Source: Candidatus Delongbacteria bacterium
GTDB taxonomy: Bacteria > CAIWAD01
NCBI GenBank assembly: GCA_963663545.1
Contig: OY760505.1
Span: forward strand, 864,001-928,000
Direction: 5' to 3'
Length of the DNA stretch: 64,000 nucleotides
Below, piece by piece: positions 1 through 9,810 of the stretch. Within the stretch, counting starts at the first letter, position 1. The number at the start of each line of letters is the position of its first letter. The translations under genes were made by a program, and so were the position numbers. The notes beneath the pieces are model-generated. The model saw only the letters and a program-made list of their open reading frames with translations, made no database searches and was not told the origin of the DNA.

Positions 1-409
1 GCTGTCGTGCTGGGCGAGGTAGGGCCACTGGAGCGCTTTGCGCGTAGCCGCCAGCTATCGGCGTACTCCGGGCTATCTCCACGCCAGCGCCAATCCGGTA
101 CAAGCATCAAGAGTGGCGGTCACATCACCAGACGTGGATCTGCACTCCTCCGGCAGATGCTGTTCATGGCGAGTGTTACAGGCCAACCTAAGGGGTCTCC
201 GCTGAAAGCCTTTAGTGATGGCCTGATCATCAGAGGCAAAGGCAAAATGCAGGCACGGTGTGCTGTCATGCGCAAATTGCTTGTGCTGATGCGGGCTGTC
301 GTGGTTACTGGCAAGGTGTACGACCCGTATCACGTGCCCAAGCCTCCAGCAGAATAGAGCTGGAGACAAATTATCTTCAGACTAAGGCTTGCTTATGAGC
401 ACACCATCT
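1..409 (+). mobile_element. IS110-family element, 3' part (transposase C-terminus plus short right end terminating at a CT core, 408-409)
   Basis: ORF to 357 has Transposase_20-type motifs (RF..SRQLSAYSGLSPRQRQSG with the conserved Ser, RRGS..LRQMLFMAS, AVMRKLL); ~50-bp right end finishing ...ACACCATCT, TTGCTT at 389-394; sequence after 409 matches a chromosomal palindrome. Confidence 0.85.
7..357 (+). CDS. IS110 transposase/recombinase, C-terminal fragment (cut by window start)
   Basis: AYSGLSPRQRQSG and AVMRKLL motifs. Confidence 0.9.
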   Translation: MLGEVGPLERFARSRQLSAYSGLSPRQRQSGTSIKSGGHITRRGSALLRQMLFMASVTGQPKGSPLKAFSDGLIIRGKGKMQARCAVMRKLLVLMRAVVVTGKVYDPYHVPKPPAE

Positions 410-630
410 TTTCTTTGTCGCTACAAAGAAATGTGGTCTTGCGCCGCGACGGCGGCGCCTCTTCCGCTTCGCCGCATAGGCGTAATGCTCTCCGCAGGAG
501 AGTGAGCCCTGCGCCAGCAACAAAGAAAAAGCGGGCTTTCGCCCGCCAAGTTTGCTGGAATCAACAGCCTCGATACCGATCCGACCCGAAGGGTCGGCCC
601 GACCGGCAACGATCGATACCGATACCGATT
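408..630. repeat. REP-like cluster of short palindromes
   Basis: CTTTGT-CGCT-ACAAAG, CTCTCC-GCA-GGAGAG, GCGGGC-TTTC-GCCCGC, CCGACCC-GAA-GGGTCGG hairpins and GATACC iterations; 408-434 matches the reverse complement of the 10,917-10,948 palindrome at 25/27 nt. Confidence 0.7.
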
Positions 631-2351
631 TAAGAAGAGGGATGGAGGCTTTCCCGTAAGCCCTCCATCAGCGGCTTCACATGATCCGGCATGAACTCGA
701 TGCGCGTTCCCGCACGAATAAAGGCGTGACGCAGACTCATGCGCTGCCCGGCGGCGGCGGCGGCCTCGTAGTTGCGAATGGTCGCCTTGGGCTCCTGCTT
801 GTAGCGCTGCCAGATTTCCAGCGCGCCCAGCTGGGCCACGGTCTGCTCGATGCTGGTCAGCGGGTGAATGAACATCGTATTGATCAAGTGCCACTCGTAA
901 CGCAGATAGTCTTCGAGCCCGGAAGTGTTCACTTCGCCCTGCCAGAAGGTGTCGTAACTGCGCTGCCAGTAACGGTGCCGTTCCTCGCGAGGCACACCGC
1001 CCTTGCGGTACAGCCAGAATTCGTATTCGTTGATGCGCACGGTCTGGCACAAACGATGCACCACACGGTGAACCTGACTATGCCAAAGACAGACGCCCGC
1101 CTCATTCTGGTCACGCAGATGATCGGCAACCAGCAGCTCCAGCAGACGCGCGCTCAGCAGGGCAAACTCGCGGCGCGGCGTGGCCAAGTCGCGGTTGTCC
1201 ATGTCGCGGGTCATCATGGTCAGGTTGGCCTGACTGACCTGGTACACGAGGGAAAGCAAATCGTCCACGCCCCCGTGCAGATTCATCAGCACATAGGGAA
1301 GCCTACGCTCGCGCAACTGGCGATTGAGGCTGCCGTAATACTTGCCCGGTCGGGGTTCCAGATCCAGCACGCCCATTTCCTGCAAGGCGTGCAGACGATG
1401 CCCCAGTCGCGGATCGATGCGCTGCAGAATTGCTCGCAGTTGATCGACGATTTCTTTCGGCGTCTGTTCAACGCGGGTTCGCTCGCCGCCCAGGGCGCAC
1501 ACATGCAGATCCCAGGGCCGCAGCTCGTCCAGACCAAGTTTCTGCCGACGCGCCTGCAACAGCTCCTGCTGCAGGGGCAACACTTCCTGCTTCACCGTCG
1601 TGTGCAGCAGTTCGCAATCGCTGGTGCGATAATCGCGGCGCATCAGGCGGCGGAATTTGTAGACCTGGTAATTGCTGTAGTCGGCGTTACGCGCAATCTG
1701 CTCACGCAGCGCCAGCATTTCGTCGAACATGTCCTCCATCACGTCGGCTTCTTCCACCAGACGCTGGGCCATGCCCGTCCAGGCAGCTTCGCGCACCTTG
1801 CGGTCGGGGTCCTGCAGCAAGCGCATCACATCGGCCACGCCCACTTCACGGTCGCCGACGGAAACCGACATGCAGCCCAGACGCATCTGGTACTCGGCTT
1901 CCAGATCATCCACCCGCTGCTGCAGCGCCAGATTGGTCTCGCGATACAGGCGGAATTGGGTCTCGATGAGGTAATCGATTTCGCCCCACACGTCCATGTC
2001 CAACTCGGCGCGCGCCGGTGAGGACAGGTACTTGCAATTCCACTCGTGTCGAATGCTGCGCAGATTCGGCAGCAAATCCTGGGTGAAATGGCTAAGCCAT
2101 TCGCGGCGGCCCATATCCTGCAGGTTCAGGAAGTAGTCGATCTGCGCCAGATTGAAGGCCTCGTCAAAGCCATCGTAGAACTCCTGGCGCTCGCGCAGCC
2201 AGTGTTCGAGTTGCTGGCGGGTTTCCACCGGGCGGTTGCTCAGATCCTCGGCTAAGGCGAGTACATCGGCGCGCTTGCCGAATTGCAGGGTTTGATCCAC
2301 GATCTGGCGAGGGTATTCGCGCGGCAACAGATAGGGGTCCGACATCTCCAT
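630..2351 (-). CDS. M3 (oligoendopeptidase F-like) peptidase homologue lacking the HExxH motif
   Basis: DPDRKVREAAW, REQIARNADYSNY, LGLDELRPWDL, LDLEPRPGK match M3B; HExxH position reads YQVSQ. Confidence 0.8.
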   Translation of the reverse strand: MEMSDPYLLPREYPRQIVDQTLQFGKRADVLALAEDLSNRPVETRQQLEHWLRERQEFYDGFDEAFNLAQIDYFLNLQDMGRREWLSHFTQDLLPNLRSIRHEWNCKYLSSPARAELDMDVWGEIDYLIETQFRLYRETNLALQQRVDDLEAEYQMRLGCMSVSVGDREVGVADVMRLLQDPDRKVREAAWTGMAQRLVEEADVMEDMFDEMLALREQIARNADYSNYQVYKFRRLMRRDYRTSDCELLHTTVKQEVLPLQQELLQARRQKLGLDELRPWDLHVCALGGERTRVEQTPKEIVDQLRAILQRIDPRLGHRLHALQEMGVLDLEPRPGKYYGSLNRQLRERRLPYVLMNLHGGVDDLLSLVYQVSQANLTMMTRDMDNRDLATPRREFALLSARLLELLVADHLRDQNEAGVCLWHSQVHRVVHRLCQTVRINEYEFWLYRKGGVPREERHRYWQRSYDTFWQGEVNTSGLEDYLRYEWHLINTMFIHPLTSIEQTVAQLGALEIWQRYKQEPKATIRNYEAAAAAGQRMSLRHAFIRAGTRIEFMPDHVKPLMEGLRESLHPSS

Positions 2352-2453
2352 CTCCCGTCACTAGATAGGCGTTCCCAACAAGTTGGATATCGTCCACTGA
2401 CGCGGGCGGCTTCAGTCGAATTGAGGCTTACGGCGTTATTTAGCGATGAATTA

Positions 2454-4010
2454 CTAGGAGAGTTGTGGACGTGCAGCCACAATGACGTCCTGCACCTGAA
2501 GCTTCAGCAACTCTGCTGGCGCAACCTCGGCGGGATCCTGCGAAAACAAGGTCACATCGCCCAGATAGCCGGGCGCCAGTTTTCCTTGCTCGTGCTCACG
2601 GCGGGCGGCCACAGCGGCGTCCCAGGTCATGGCGCGCAGCAGGCGGTCCACATCCAGCGCTTCGGCCATGCCCAGCAGATGAGCGCCCTTGCGAGCAGAA
2701 CGCGTCCGGCCATAAAAGAGGTTTTCGCGCGGGTCCAGGGGTTCCACCGGCCAGTCGGTGCCCACGGGCAGAGCCACGGCGTGCTCAGCCAGGCTGCGCC
2801 AGCGATAGCCGCGGGCGCGAATGTCGGTGCCGATGATGCGCTCCATGTAGTCCTGGTCGGTGGCCGCGTGCAAGGGCTGCACGCTGGCAATCAGCTCCAG
2901 GCGCGAAAAGCGCTCCAGATCCTCGTCGGCGACAAACTGGGCGTGCTCGATGCGATGCCGCATGCCGCGTACGGGCAGACCGGCTGTATCACACTCCTCC
3001 AGAATGTCCAGCATGGTGCGCACGGCAGCGTCTCCAATGGAGTGCACGGCAATGCGCCATCCTTTTGCCAGCGCGCGTGATACATAGTCCGTCAGCTTTT
3101 CGCGCGGAGCTACCAGCTCGCTGTAAGTCCCATTGTGATACGGCAGCAGCATGGCGGCACTTTGGCTACCCAGGCTGCCATCGGCAAAAAGCTTGACTGT
3201 ATCACAGGAAAGCCACGGTCCGCTGAAAGGCGCACTCTCCAGCGATTTTTCGGACAGGTTGCCGTTGTTGCGCCAGGCGTGAATGCGCGTCTGCAGTTCG
3301 CCTGCGGCTTCCATTTGCTGATAGACGGGTAGTAGGCTAACGGCGGCGTTTTCGGTAACGGCGCAGATGCCCAGCCGGTGCGCGTACTCCTGCGCTGCCA
3401 GGATGCACTCGCGCATGTAGGCAGGACTCGCTCCCGGTATCACGGGGCGCATCAGCAGCGCGGCGTTTTCGCGCAGAAAGCCGTTCAGCCGACCCGATGT
3501 GTCACGCTCGAAAGCGCCACCCGCAGGTGCTGGACGCTCTTCCGTGATACCTGCCAGTTGCAATCCGGCGCTGTTCACCAGCGAGGAATGCAGATCGCGA
3601 GTATCGATGCGCAGCGGAATAGCGCCGGTGGCCTCGTCCAGTTCGGCCAGGCTCGGACAGTGGTCCGGGTCCAGGCCCAGACCAAGAATCCAGCCCTCGC
3701 GCCGATCAGCGTCGCCGTTGATCTGTGCCGCGCGGCGGGCCAACTCCTGCAGCAGATCGGCCTTGTGGGGAAACTGTCCAGCGTGCACCATGCGCAGGCT
3801 CTCGCCGCCCATGAAGAAGTGCAGGTGTGCATCGTGCAGACCCGGTAACACGAAGGCGTCTTGGCAATCATAGAGCGGCAGCCGCCGATCGCCCTTCCCG
3901 GGCGCGGGTAGTGCCGTGATACGTCCCTGACGCAGCTCGACCTCACCCGTCCAACGCTCGCCGCTGAACGGATCAAAGAGGCGCGCGTTGATCAGCAGCA
4001 GATCGTGCAT
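2454..4010 (-). CDS. Amidohydrolase 3 (YtcJ-like) metallo-dependent hydrolase
   Basis: LPGLHDAHLH, KLFADGSLGS, AVHSIGDAA, RHRIEHAQ, GTDWPV, GKLAPGYLGD. Confidence 0.9.
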   Translation of the reverse strand: MHDLLLINARLFDPFSGERWTGEVELRQGRITALPAPGKGDRRLPLYDCQDAFVLPGLHDAHLHFFMGGESLRMVHAGQFPHKADLLQELARRAAQINGDADRREGWILGLGLDPDHCPSLAELDEATGAIPLRIDTRDLHSSLVNSAGLQLAGITEERPAPAGGAFERDTSGRLNGFLRENAALLMRPVIPGASPAYMRECILAAQEYAHRLGICAVTENAAVSLLPVYQQMEAAGELQTRIHAWRNNGNLSEKSLESAPFSGPWLSCDTVKLFADGSLGSQSAAMLLPYHNGTYSELVAPREKLTDYVSRALAKGWRIAVHSIGDAAVRTMLDILEECDTAGLPVRGMRHRIEHAQFVADEDLERFSRLELIASVQPLHAATDQDYMERIIGTDIRARGYRWRSLAEHAVALPVGTDWPVEPLDPRENLFYGRTRSARKGAHLLGMAEALDVDRLLRAMTWDAAVAARREHEQGKLAPGYLGDVTLFSQDPAEVAPAELLKLQVQDVIVAARPQLS

Positions 4011-4015
4011 GGGTC

Positions 4016-4855
4016 CTAGTCCGGTTTTCGTTCCGTGGGGAAAGCGGGGAGTTGAATGCGTTGTATGCGCGTCGCCTGGCGGCTGGCCTCATCCACTTCC
4101 ACCAGCACACCTTGTAACACGCCCGGGCCTTCGGCAGGCTCGTAGCGGTGCGGAGTCTGATAGAGGAAACGGCGCACGGCCACATCGGCTTTCAGTCCAA
4201 TAACCGAATCGTGACAGCCGGTCATGCCGGCATCGGTGAGGAAGGCGGTTCCCTTGGGGAAAATGCGCTCGTCGGCGGTCTGCACATGAGTGTGCGTGCC
4301 CACCAGCGCGCTCACGCGCCCGTCGAGGAAATGGGCCATCGCAGCCTTTTCGGCACTGGCTTCGGCGTGCATGTCGACGAAGATAACGGGCGCTTTCATG
4401 CGGCCGGCCACCTCGCGCTCGATGCGCTCCAGCTCGCGCTCCATGCTGCGGAAAGGACAATCAATGGGCTGCATGAACACGCGTCCCTGCACGTTCATCA
4501 CCACAATGGGCGCACGACCGGGCAGCAGGTGCGTGGTCCAGCCCTGGCCACTGCAGCCGGAGGGATAATTGAGGGGACGCAGCAGCGCACTCTCGCTTTT
4601 CAGCAGGCCGTGAATCTGGAAGCGATCCCAGGTGTGGTTGCCACCGGTAATCACGTCCACGCCCGCATCACGCAGGCGGCGGTAGGTGGCGGGATTCATG
4701 CTCTTGCCGTCCAGCGCGTTCTCGCCGTTGGCGATCACGATGTCGGCGTCCAGTTCGTGACGCAGGTTGGACAGGCGCTCGTCCAGCACCTTCAGTCCGG
4801 GTTCGGCACATACATCGGCAATAAACAGAAGGCGAATGGGAGCGCGCACGGTCAT
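4016..4855 (-). CDS. ymdB: YmdB-family metallophosphoesterase
   Basis: IANGEN, TGGNHTWD, VDMHAEASAEK, GTHTHVQTAD, TDAGMTG; directly downstream of rny. Confidence 0.93.
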   Translation of the reverse strand: MTVRAPIRLLFIADVCAEPGLKVLDERLSNLRHELDADIVIANGENALDGKSMNPATYRRLRDAGVDVITGGNHTWDRFQIHGLLKSESALLRPLNYPSGCSGQGWTTHLLPGRAPIVVMNVQGRVFMQPIDCPFRSMERELERIEREVAGRMKAPVIFVDMHAEASAEKAAMAHFLDGRVSALVGTHTHVQTADERIFPKGTAFLTDAGMTGCHDSVIGLKADVAVRRFLYQTPHRYEPAEGPGVLQGVLVEVDEASRQATRIQRIQLPAFPTERKPD

Positions 4856-4858
4856 CCT

Positions 4859-6424
4859 CTATTTGGCCAGTTCAATGCTGCGGAACTCACGCACGGCCGT
4901 GATACGAATCTGGCCGGGATAGAGCAGCTCCGTCTGAATATCGACGGCGATCTCGTTGGCCAGCACGTCCAGCTGGTCGTCCTCGATCTCGCCGGGAGCC
5001 ACGACCACGCGCAGCTCACGTCCCGCCTGCAGCGCACAAGCGTCTTCCACACCCTGCTTGGAACGGGCGATCTCCTCGATGCGCGCCAGGCGCTCGATGT
5101 AGCGGCCCATGTCCTCGCCGCGAATGCCCGGACGGGCGGTGGAAAGGTTGTCGGCGATGCGCACCAGTGCAGCTTCGAGACAGCCGTTGTCGCCGCTCTC
5201 GTACTGCTCGCGCACCGCGCGCACCACGGCTTCGCTCTCGCCGTACTTGCGCAGCAGGTCGGCGCCCAGCTCGGCGGTGTTCACTTCGGCATAACCATCG
5301 ACGGCCTTGCCGATGTCGTGCAGGAGCGCGGCACGACGCACGCCGCGGGGATCCAGCCCCAGCTCGGCGGCCAGGATGCCCGCAATACCGGCGACTTCGC
5401 GGCAGTGGGCGAGAATATTCTGCCCCATGGTGTTCTTGAAAGCCAGCAGGCCCAGGTGCTTGATCAGCTCCTGATGCAGGCCGTGGACGCCCAGATCGAG
5501 CATGGCCTGCTCGCCGATTTCCATCACGGTCTGGCCGATTTCCTCGCGAGTGGCGGCCACCACCTCCTCGATGCGGGCGGGATGAATGCGGCCATCGTTG
5601 ACCAGCTTCTCCAAGGCCAGACGAGCCACCTCGCGGCGCAGCGGATGGAAGCTGCTGAGGATCACCGACTGCGGCGTGTCGTCCACCAGCAGCTCGACGC
5701 CGGTCACGGCCTCGAAGGCGCGAATGTTGCGGCCTTCGCGACCAATGATGCGGCCCTTGATCTCGTCTGAAGGCAGCTCCACCAGCGTTACCGTGCTCTG
5801 GGCGCTACGCTCGAGGCTGCTGCGCTCCATGGCGTTGATCAGCACCTGGCGGGCTTCCTGATTGGCGTACAGGCGCGCGCGCTCACGGATTTCGTTGAAA
5901 TGCTGAGCGGCCTCGCTCTGCACCTTGTGTTCCAGATTGCGGAAGAGGTGTTCGCGGGCTTCCTCGGTGGTCATCTGACTGATGGTCTCGAGACGCTTGT
6001 TCTGCTGCTCAACGATCTCGTCGGCCTTGCGCCGCTGCTTCTCCACCTGACGGAAGCTCTCTTCGAGCTGCTTCTCGCGGTGCTTGATCTCGACTTCACG
6101 ACCGTTGAGGAGCTCCAGCTTCTTATCAACGGTCAGCTCGCGCTCGCGAATGGCGGTCTCACGGTCCCGCAGGATATTCTCCTGCTTGTTGCGCACCTCT
6201 TCCAGGCGCTCCTGCTCGCGCGTGCGCTCCTCACCGGCCTCCAGCCGCGCCTCGTGCAGAAGGGTCTCGGCCTCGCGACGGGCCTCGTCAAACTGGCGTT
6301 CGCTCTCTTCGATACGTCGCTGATAGTGCGAGTCTGCACCGCGCATGGCCATGCGGAAGCCGATAAGCGCACCGAGTCCGGCGCCCAACAGTGCTCCCAG
6401 CACAGCTCCGATCAAGTATTCCAT
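4859..6424 (-). CDS. rny: Ribonuclease Y (TM, coiled coil, KH, HD), divergent HD domain
   Basis: N-terminal TM, KGRIIGREGRNIR KH motif, LLHDIGK, QAGRELRV; ATG 6424 after GGAG. Confidence 0.93.
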   Translation of the reverse strand: MEYLIGAVLGALLGAGLGALIGFRMAMRGADSHYQRRIEESERQFDEARREAETLLHEARLEAGEERTREQERLEEVRNKQENILRDRETAIRERELTVDKKLELLNGREVEIKHREKQLEESFRQVEKQRRKADEIVEQQNKRLETISQMTTEEAREHLFRNLEHKVQSEAAQHFNEIRERARLYANQEARQVLINAMERSSLERSAQSTVTLVELPSDEIKGRIIGREGRNIRAFEAVTGVELLVDDTPQSVILSSFHPLRREVARLALEKLVNDGRIHPARIEEVVAATREEIGQTVMEIGEQAMLDLGVHGLHQELIKHLGLLAFKNTMGQNILAHCREVAGIAGILAAELGLDPRGVRRAALLHDIGKAVDGYAEVNTAELGADLLRKYGESEAVVRAVREQYESGDNGCLEAALVRIADNLSTARPGIRGEDMGRYIERLARIEEIARSKQGVEDACALQAGRELRVVVAPGEIEDDQLDVLANEIAVDIQTELLYPGQIRITAVREFRSIELAK

Positions 6425-6498
6425 TAGACTATGCTCCACGTGCACCCGCCGCGTACGGCTACGCGGGGTCGCTGCGCGAAATCGTGGAAGAGAAGAAA

Positions 6499-6686
6499 TC
6501 CCTGCAGACCCGGCTCAGAAGAGAACCACCTCATGTTCACGGGTGGGTGCCGCCTGAACACTTCCGGGATCCACCGACCCTAAGGTCACGCCGAAGCGTG
6601 TGTGGCCTGCCGTCCGCATTACTATTAGAGCAAGCTCCCTGGTACATCGTGTTTGGTTCTTTATAAGGCGATAGGCCTGCAGGGAC
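6499..6686 (-). ncRNA. ssrS: 6S RNA
   Basis: Between zapA and rny (typical synteny); ~188 nt closed by TCCCTGCAG/CTGCAGGGA stem with internal GAACCA/TGGTTC pairing and GGGAGC...GGCACCCACC central region. Confidence 0.85.
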
Positions 6687-6733
6687 ACATGTTCCTGCAG
6701 TGGCGTACAAGCTGCATCGGCTTTTCTCTGTCC

Positions 6734-7018
6734 TCATCTGAGGCCACCCTCAAGTTCTTCCGTCAACCGACGGTTGAGAGCTTCAAGCCGATCGCCCACT
6801 TCTTCGGTGCCCTGCTCGCGCTCCACCAGCAATTCGCCAGCGAGATTCAGCGCAGCCAGCAGCGCCACCTGCAAAGGGTCGCGAACCGAACCGCCCTCAC
6901 GCACGCGTTCCACCATGTGGGAGACCATCAAGGAGGCCTCGCGCACTTGTTCCGAAGCAACTTCGGTACGAATGGGGATCTCGCGTCCCATGATCGAGAC
7001 GGTATGGCGCTTACTCAT
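6734..7018 (-). CDS. zapA: Cell division protein ZapA
   Basis: VSIMGREIPIR, VALLAALNLAGEL; pheT-zapB-zapA-6S-rny synteny. Confidence 0.9.
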   Translation of the reverse strand: MSKRHTVSIMGREIPIRTEVASEQVREASLMVSHMVERVREGGSVRDPLQVALLAALNLAGELLVEREQGTEEVGDRLEALNRRLTEELEGGLR

Positions 7019-7368
7019 ACACCCAATGAACCGCGGAAATCCGCGGGTCCGTCATCTTCCACGACCCGGTCAGCCGGGTCCACGGCCTCTTGTTCCAATC
7101 GCTCCAACAGGTGCTCAAGCCGTTTCCGCGCCTGCTGGTATGTCTGCGGATCGGGGAAGGCGGCAAGGGCGTCATTCAAGCGGACGCGCTCGCGTTCCAG
7201 TTCCTCAACCCTGTTCAGCGCTTGACGAAGACGGTCTTCGCGCAACGAATCGTCCCGCTCCATGGCGGAGAGCTGGTCCCGCTGTTGCTCGAGTTGGTGC
7301 TTCAGCTCACGGCGCTCTTCCAGCAGCCGTGTTACCAATACTTCGAGCCGACCTAGCGTCTGCTCCAT
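7015..7368 (-). CDS. ZapB-like coiled-coil protein
   Basis: Entirely coiled-coil-like, coupled to pheT and zapA. Confidence 0.65.
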   Translation of the reverse strand: MEQTLGRLEVLVTRLLEERRELKHQLEQQRDQLSAMERDDSLREDRLRQALNRVEELERERVRLNDALAAFPDPQTYQQARKRLEHLLERLEQEAVDPADRVVEDDGPADFRGSLGV

Positions 7369-9788
7369 CAGGACCTCAGCGTTGCATCGAACTTCTTCGT
7401 CAACGAGTCCACAATGTTACGAAAAACAGGTTCAATATCCGCTTCGCACAGGTTGCGGTCCAGCGCACTGAAGCGGATTTTGCAGGCCCGGCTGATCTGC
7501 CCAGCCGGAATGCCCTCGCCCTGGTAGAGGTCGAACACATCCACGTCCTGCACCAGTTTGCCGCCCGCTTTGCGAATGGCCGTCAGCAGATCACCGGCGG
7601 GAATGTCCTCGCGAGTAATTACGGCCAGATCGCGCCAAACCGAAGGATAACGGCTGAAGGGCTTGTACTTGGGATTGCGCCGCGCGTAGGTCATCAGCGC
7701 TTCCAGATTCAGATCGGCGGCGAAAACGGGCACTTGACAGCCCAGGCTTTCGAGCGCCAGCGGATCCACCTGCCCCAGCACGCCGACTTCCTCTTTGCCG
7801 ACCTTCAGCAGCAGGCAGTTGGCCGAGAAAGGCGCGGGTTGCGCGCTCTCCGTGCGGACCGCGTCGATGCGCAAGCCCTGCAGCAGCTCCAGCACTACTT
7901 CCTTGATGTCGTACACATCGCAGGCGCGCTCGCCCTCCTGCCACGTGGGCAGACGACGACGTCCGGCCATTACCAGCGCCAGATGGCGCACCTCGCGACA
8001 ACCGGTCTCGCTCTCGCTGTCCGGGTGGAACTCGCGATCCAACTCGAAGAGGCGCAGGTCGTCATTGCGGCGATTCAGGTTGTAGACGGCGGTGTTCAGC
8101 AGACCGGGCAACAGCGCCGGTCGCAGCGCGCTCATCTCTTCGGCCAGCGGATTGCGAATGCGCAGGAAGGCGCTTTCGGGCATCAGGCGCTCCAGCACCT
8201 TGGGATCCACCATCGGATTGCCCACCGCCTGCTGGAAACCCAGTCGCAGCATCTGCTCCCGGGCGATGCTGCTGATTTCCAAGACCGGATTCGTGCGCAG
8301 CCCCAGCGGCACACGGGCGCGCACACTTTCGCCGACCTGGTCGTAGCCGGTCATACGGGCTACATCCTCGATCAGGTTCTCGGCGTGCTGCATCTCAAAA
8401 CGCCACGTGGGCGGCGTGCAACGCAGCGTGTCCTCGTCGACGAGTTCGCAGCGGGTGCCCAGACGCTCCAGGCAATCCTGTACCTGCTCGCGCTTCAGGT
8501 TGAAGCCCAACAGCGCATTGCAGCGTGATACTTTCAGCTCGAGGCTGTTGATGGCGGGCAGCTCCGTGATACAATCCACCAGCTCACCGGCGATGGAGGC
8601 ACCAGCCACCAGCGCCATCAGCGATGCGGTGCGCTCGACCACCTGCTGCACATTGTGCATGTCGACACCGCGCTCGAAGCGGCGGGAACTGTCGCTGGCC
8701 AAACCGGCGCGACGTGCTCCCATGCGAATGCAGACAGGATCGAAGGCCGCGCACTCAATCAACAATTCCTGTGTATCACCGGCGATGCCCGAAGTAAGAC
8801 CGCCCATGATGCCCGCCAGCGCCACCGGACGCTCGGCATCGCAGATCAGCAGATGCTCCTTGTCCAGTTTGCGCTCGACTTCGTCCAGCGAGGTGAAGCT
8901 TTCGCCCTCGTTCGCCAGGCGCACGCGGATCTCTTCGCCACGCACTTCGCGCAGGTCAAAGGCGTGCAGCGGATGCCCCAGCTCCCAGAGGACGTAGTTG
9001 GTCACATCGACGATGTTGTTAATGGGACGCAGGCCGACGGAACTCAGACGGTTGGCCATCCAGGCGGGTGAGGGTGATACACGGGCACCGCTCATCACCA
9101 AGCCGGCATAACGCGGGCAAACCTTGGCTGCGGCGGTGTCAATGCTCACACGCACCTGACGATTTCCTTCTGCACGCACTGCGGGAGCCGCCTGCGGAAG
9201 GGTCAGTGCTACTCCGCGCAAGGCGGCCAGCTCGCGTGCTACACCGTGAAGGGAAAGCCAATCACCGCGATTTTGTGTCACCTCAACGTCGATCACCACA
9301 TCTTGCCAGCCGTGTTCTTCGGCCAGCGGACGACCGGCGGGCCAGACTTCGGCATCCAGGTCCAGAATGCCTGCGTGACTGTCGCTGAGACCCAGCTCTA
9401 CTTCACTGCAAAGCATGCCACAACTCTCGACGCCGCGAATTTTGGCCTTCTTCAAAGGCTGATTGTCCAGACCAGGCAGTTTGCTTCCCAGCTGAGCCAG
9501 CGCCGTGGTCATGCCCAGACGCAGATTCGGTGCGCCGCAGACCAGACGCAGCGGCTCTTCGCCGCCGAAGTCGACGGTGGCCAGACGCAGTTTGTCGGCG
9601 TCCGGATGCGGATCCACCTGTATCACATGCGCCGCAACGACGCCTTCAAGACTACGCTCGATGCGTGTCACGCTTTCCACTTCCAGACCGGCCATGGTCA
9701 GTTCGTGAACCAGTTGTGACACGCCCTCTTCGCTGGTATCAATGGCGATGAAATCGCTGAGCCAGTTCAGGGAGATTTTCATTCCCAT
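7368..9788 (-). CDS. pheT: Phenylalanine-tRNA ligase beta subunit
   Basis: MKISLNWL, HPDADKL, VCGAPN, IRGVESCGMLCS, RPINNIVDVTNY, RFERGVD, FDLYQG. Confidence 0.98.
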   Translation of the reverse strand: MGMKISLNWLSDFIAIDTSEEGVSQLVHELTMAGLEVESVTRIERSLEGVVAAHVIQVDPHPDADKLRLATVDFGGEEPLRLVCGAPNLRLGMTTALAQLGSKLPGLDNQPLKKAKIRGVESCGMLCSEVELGLSDSHAGILDLDAEVWPAGRPLAEEHGWQDVVIDVEVTQNRGDWLSLHGVARELAALRGVALTLPQAAPAVRAEGNRQVRVSIDTAAAKVCPRYAGLVMSGARVSPSPAWMANRLSSVGLRPINNIVDVTNYVLWELGHPLHAFDLREVRGEEIRVRLANEGESFTSLDEVERKLDKEHLLICDAERPVALAGIMGGLTSGIAGDTQELLIECAAFDPVCIRMGARRAGLASDSSRRFERGVDMHNVQQVVERTASLMALVAGASIAGELVDCITELPAINSLELKVSRCNALLGFNLKREQVQDCLERLGTRCELVDEDTLRCTPPTWRFEMQHAENLIEDVARMTGYDQVGESVRARVPLGLRTNPVLEISSIAREQMLRLGFQQAVGNPMVDPKVLERLMPESAFLRIRNPLAEEMSALRPALLPGLLNTAVYNLNRRNDDLRLFELDREFHPDSESETGCREVRHLALVMAGRRRLPTWQEGERACDVYDIKEVVLELLQGLRIDAVRTESAQPAPFSANCLLLKVGKEEVGVLGQVDPLALESLGCQVPVFAADLNLEALMTYARRNPKYKPFSRYPSVWRDLAVITREDIPAGDLLTAIRKAGGKLVQDVDVFDLYQGEGIPAGQISRACKIRFSALDRNLCEADIEPVFRNIVDSLTKKFDATLRS

Positions 9789-9810
9789 GCTCCTTTTCTA
9801 TGTGTCACAA

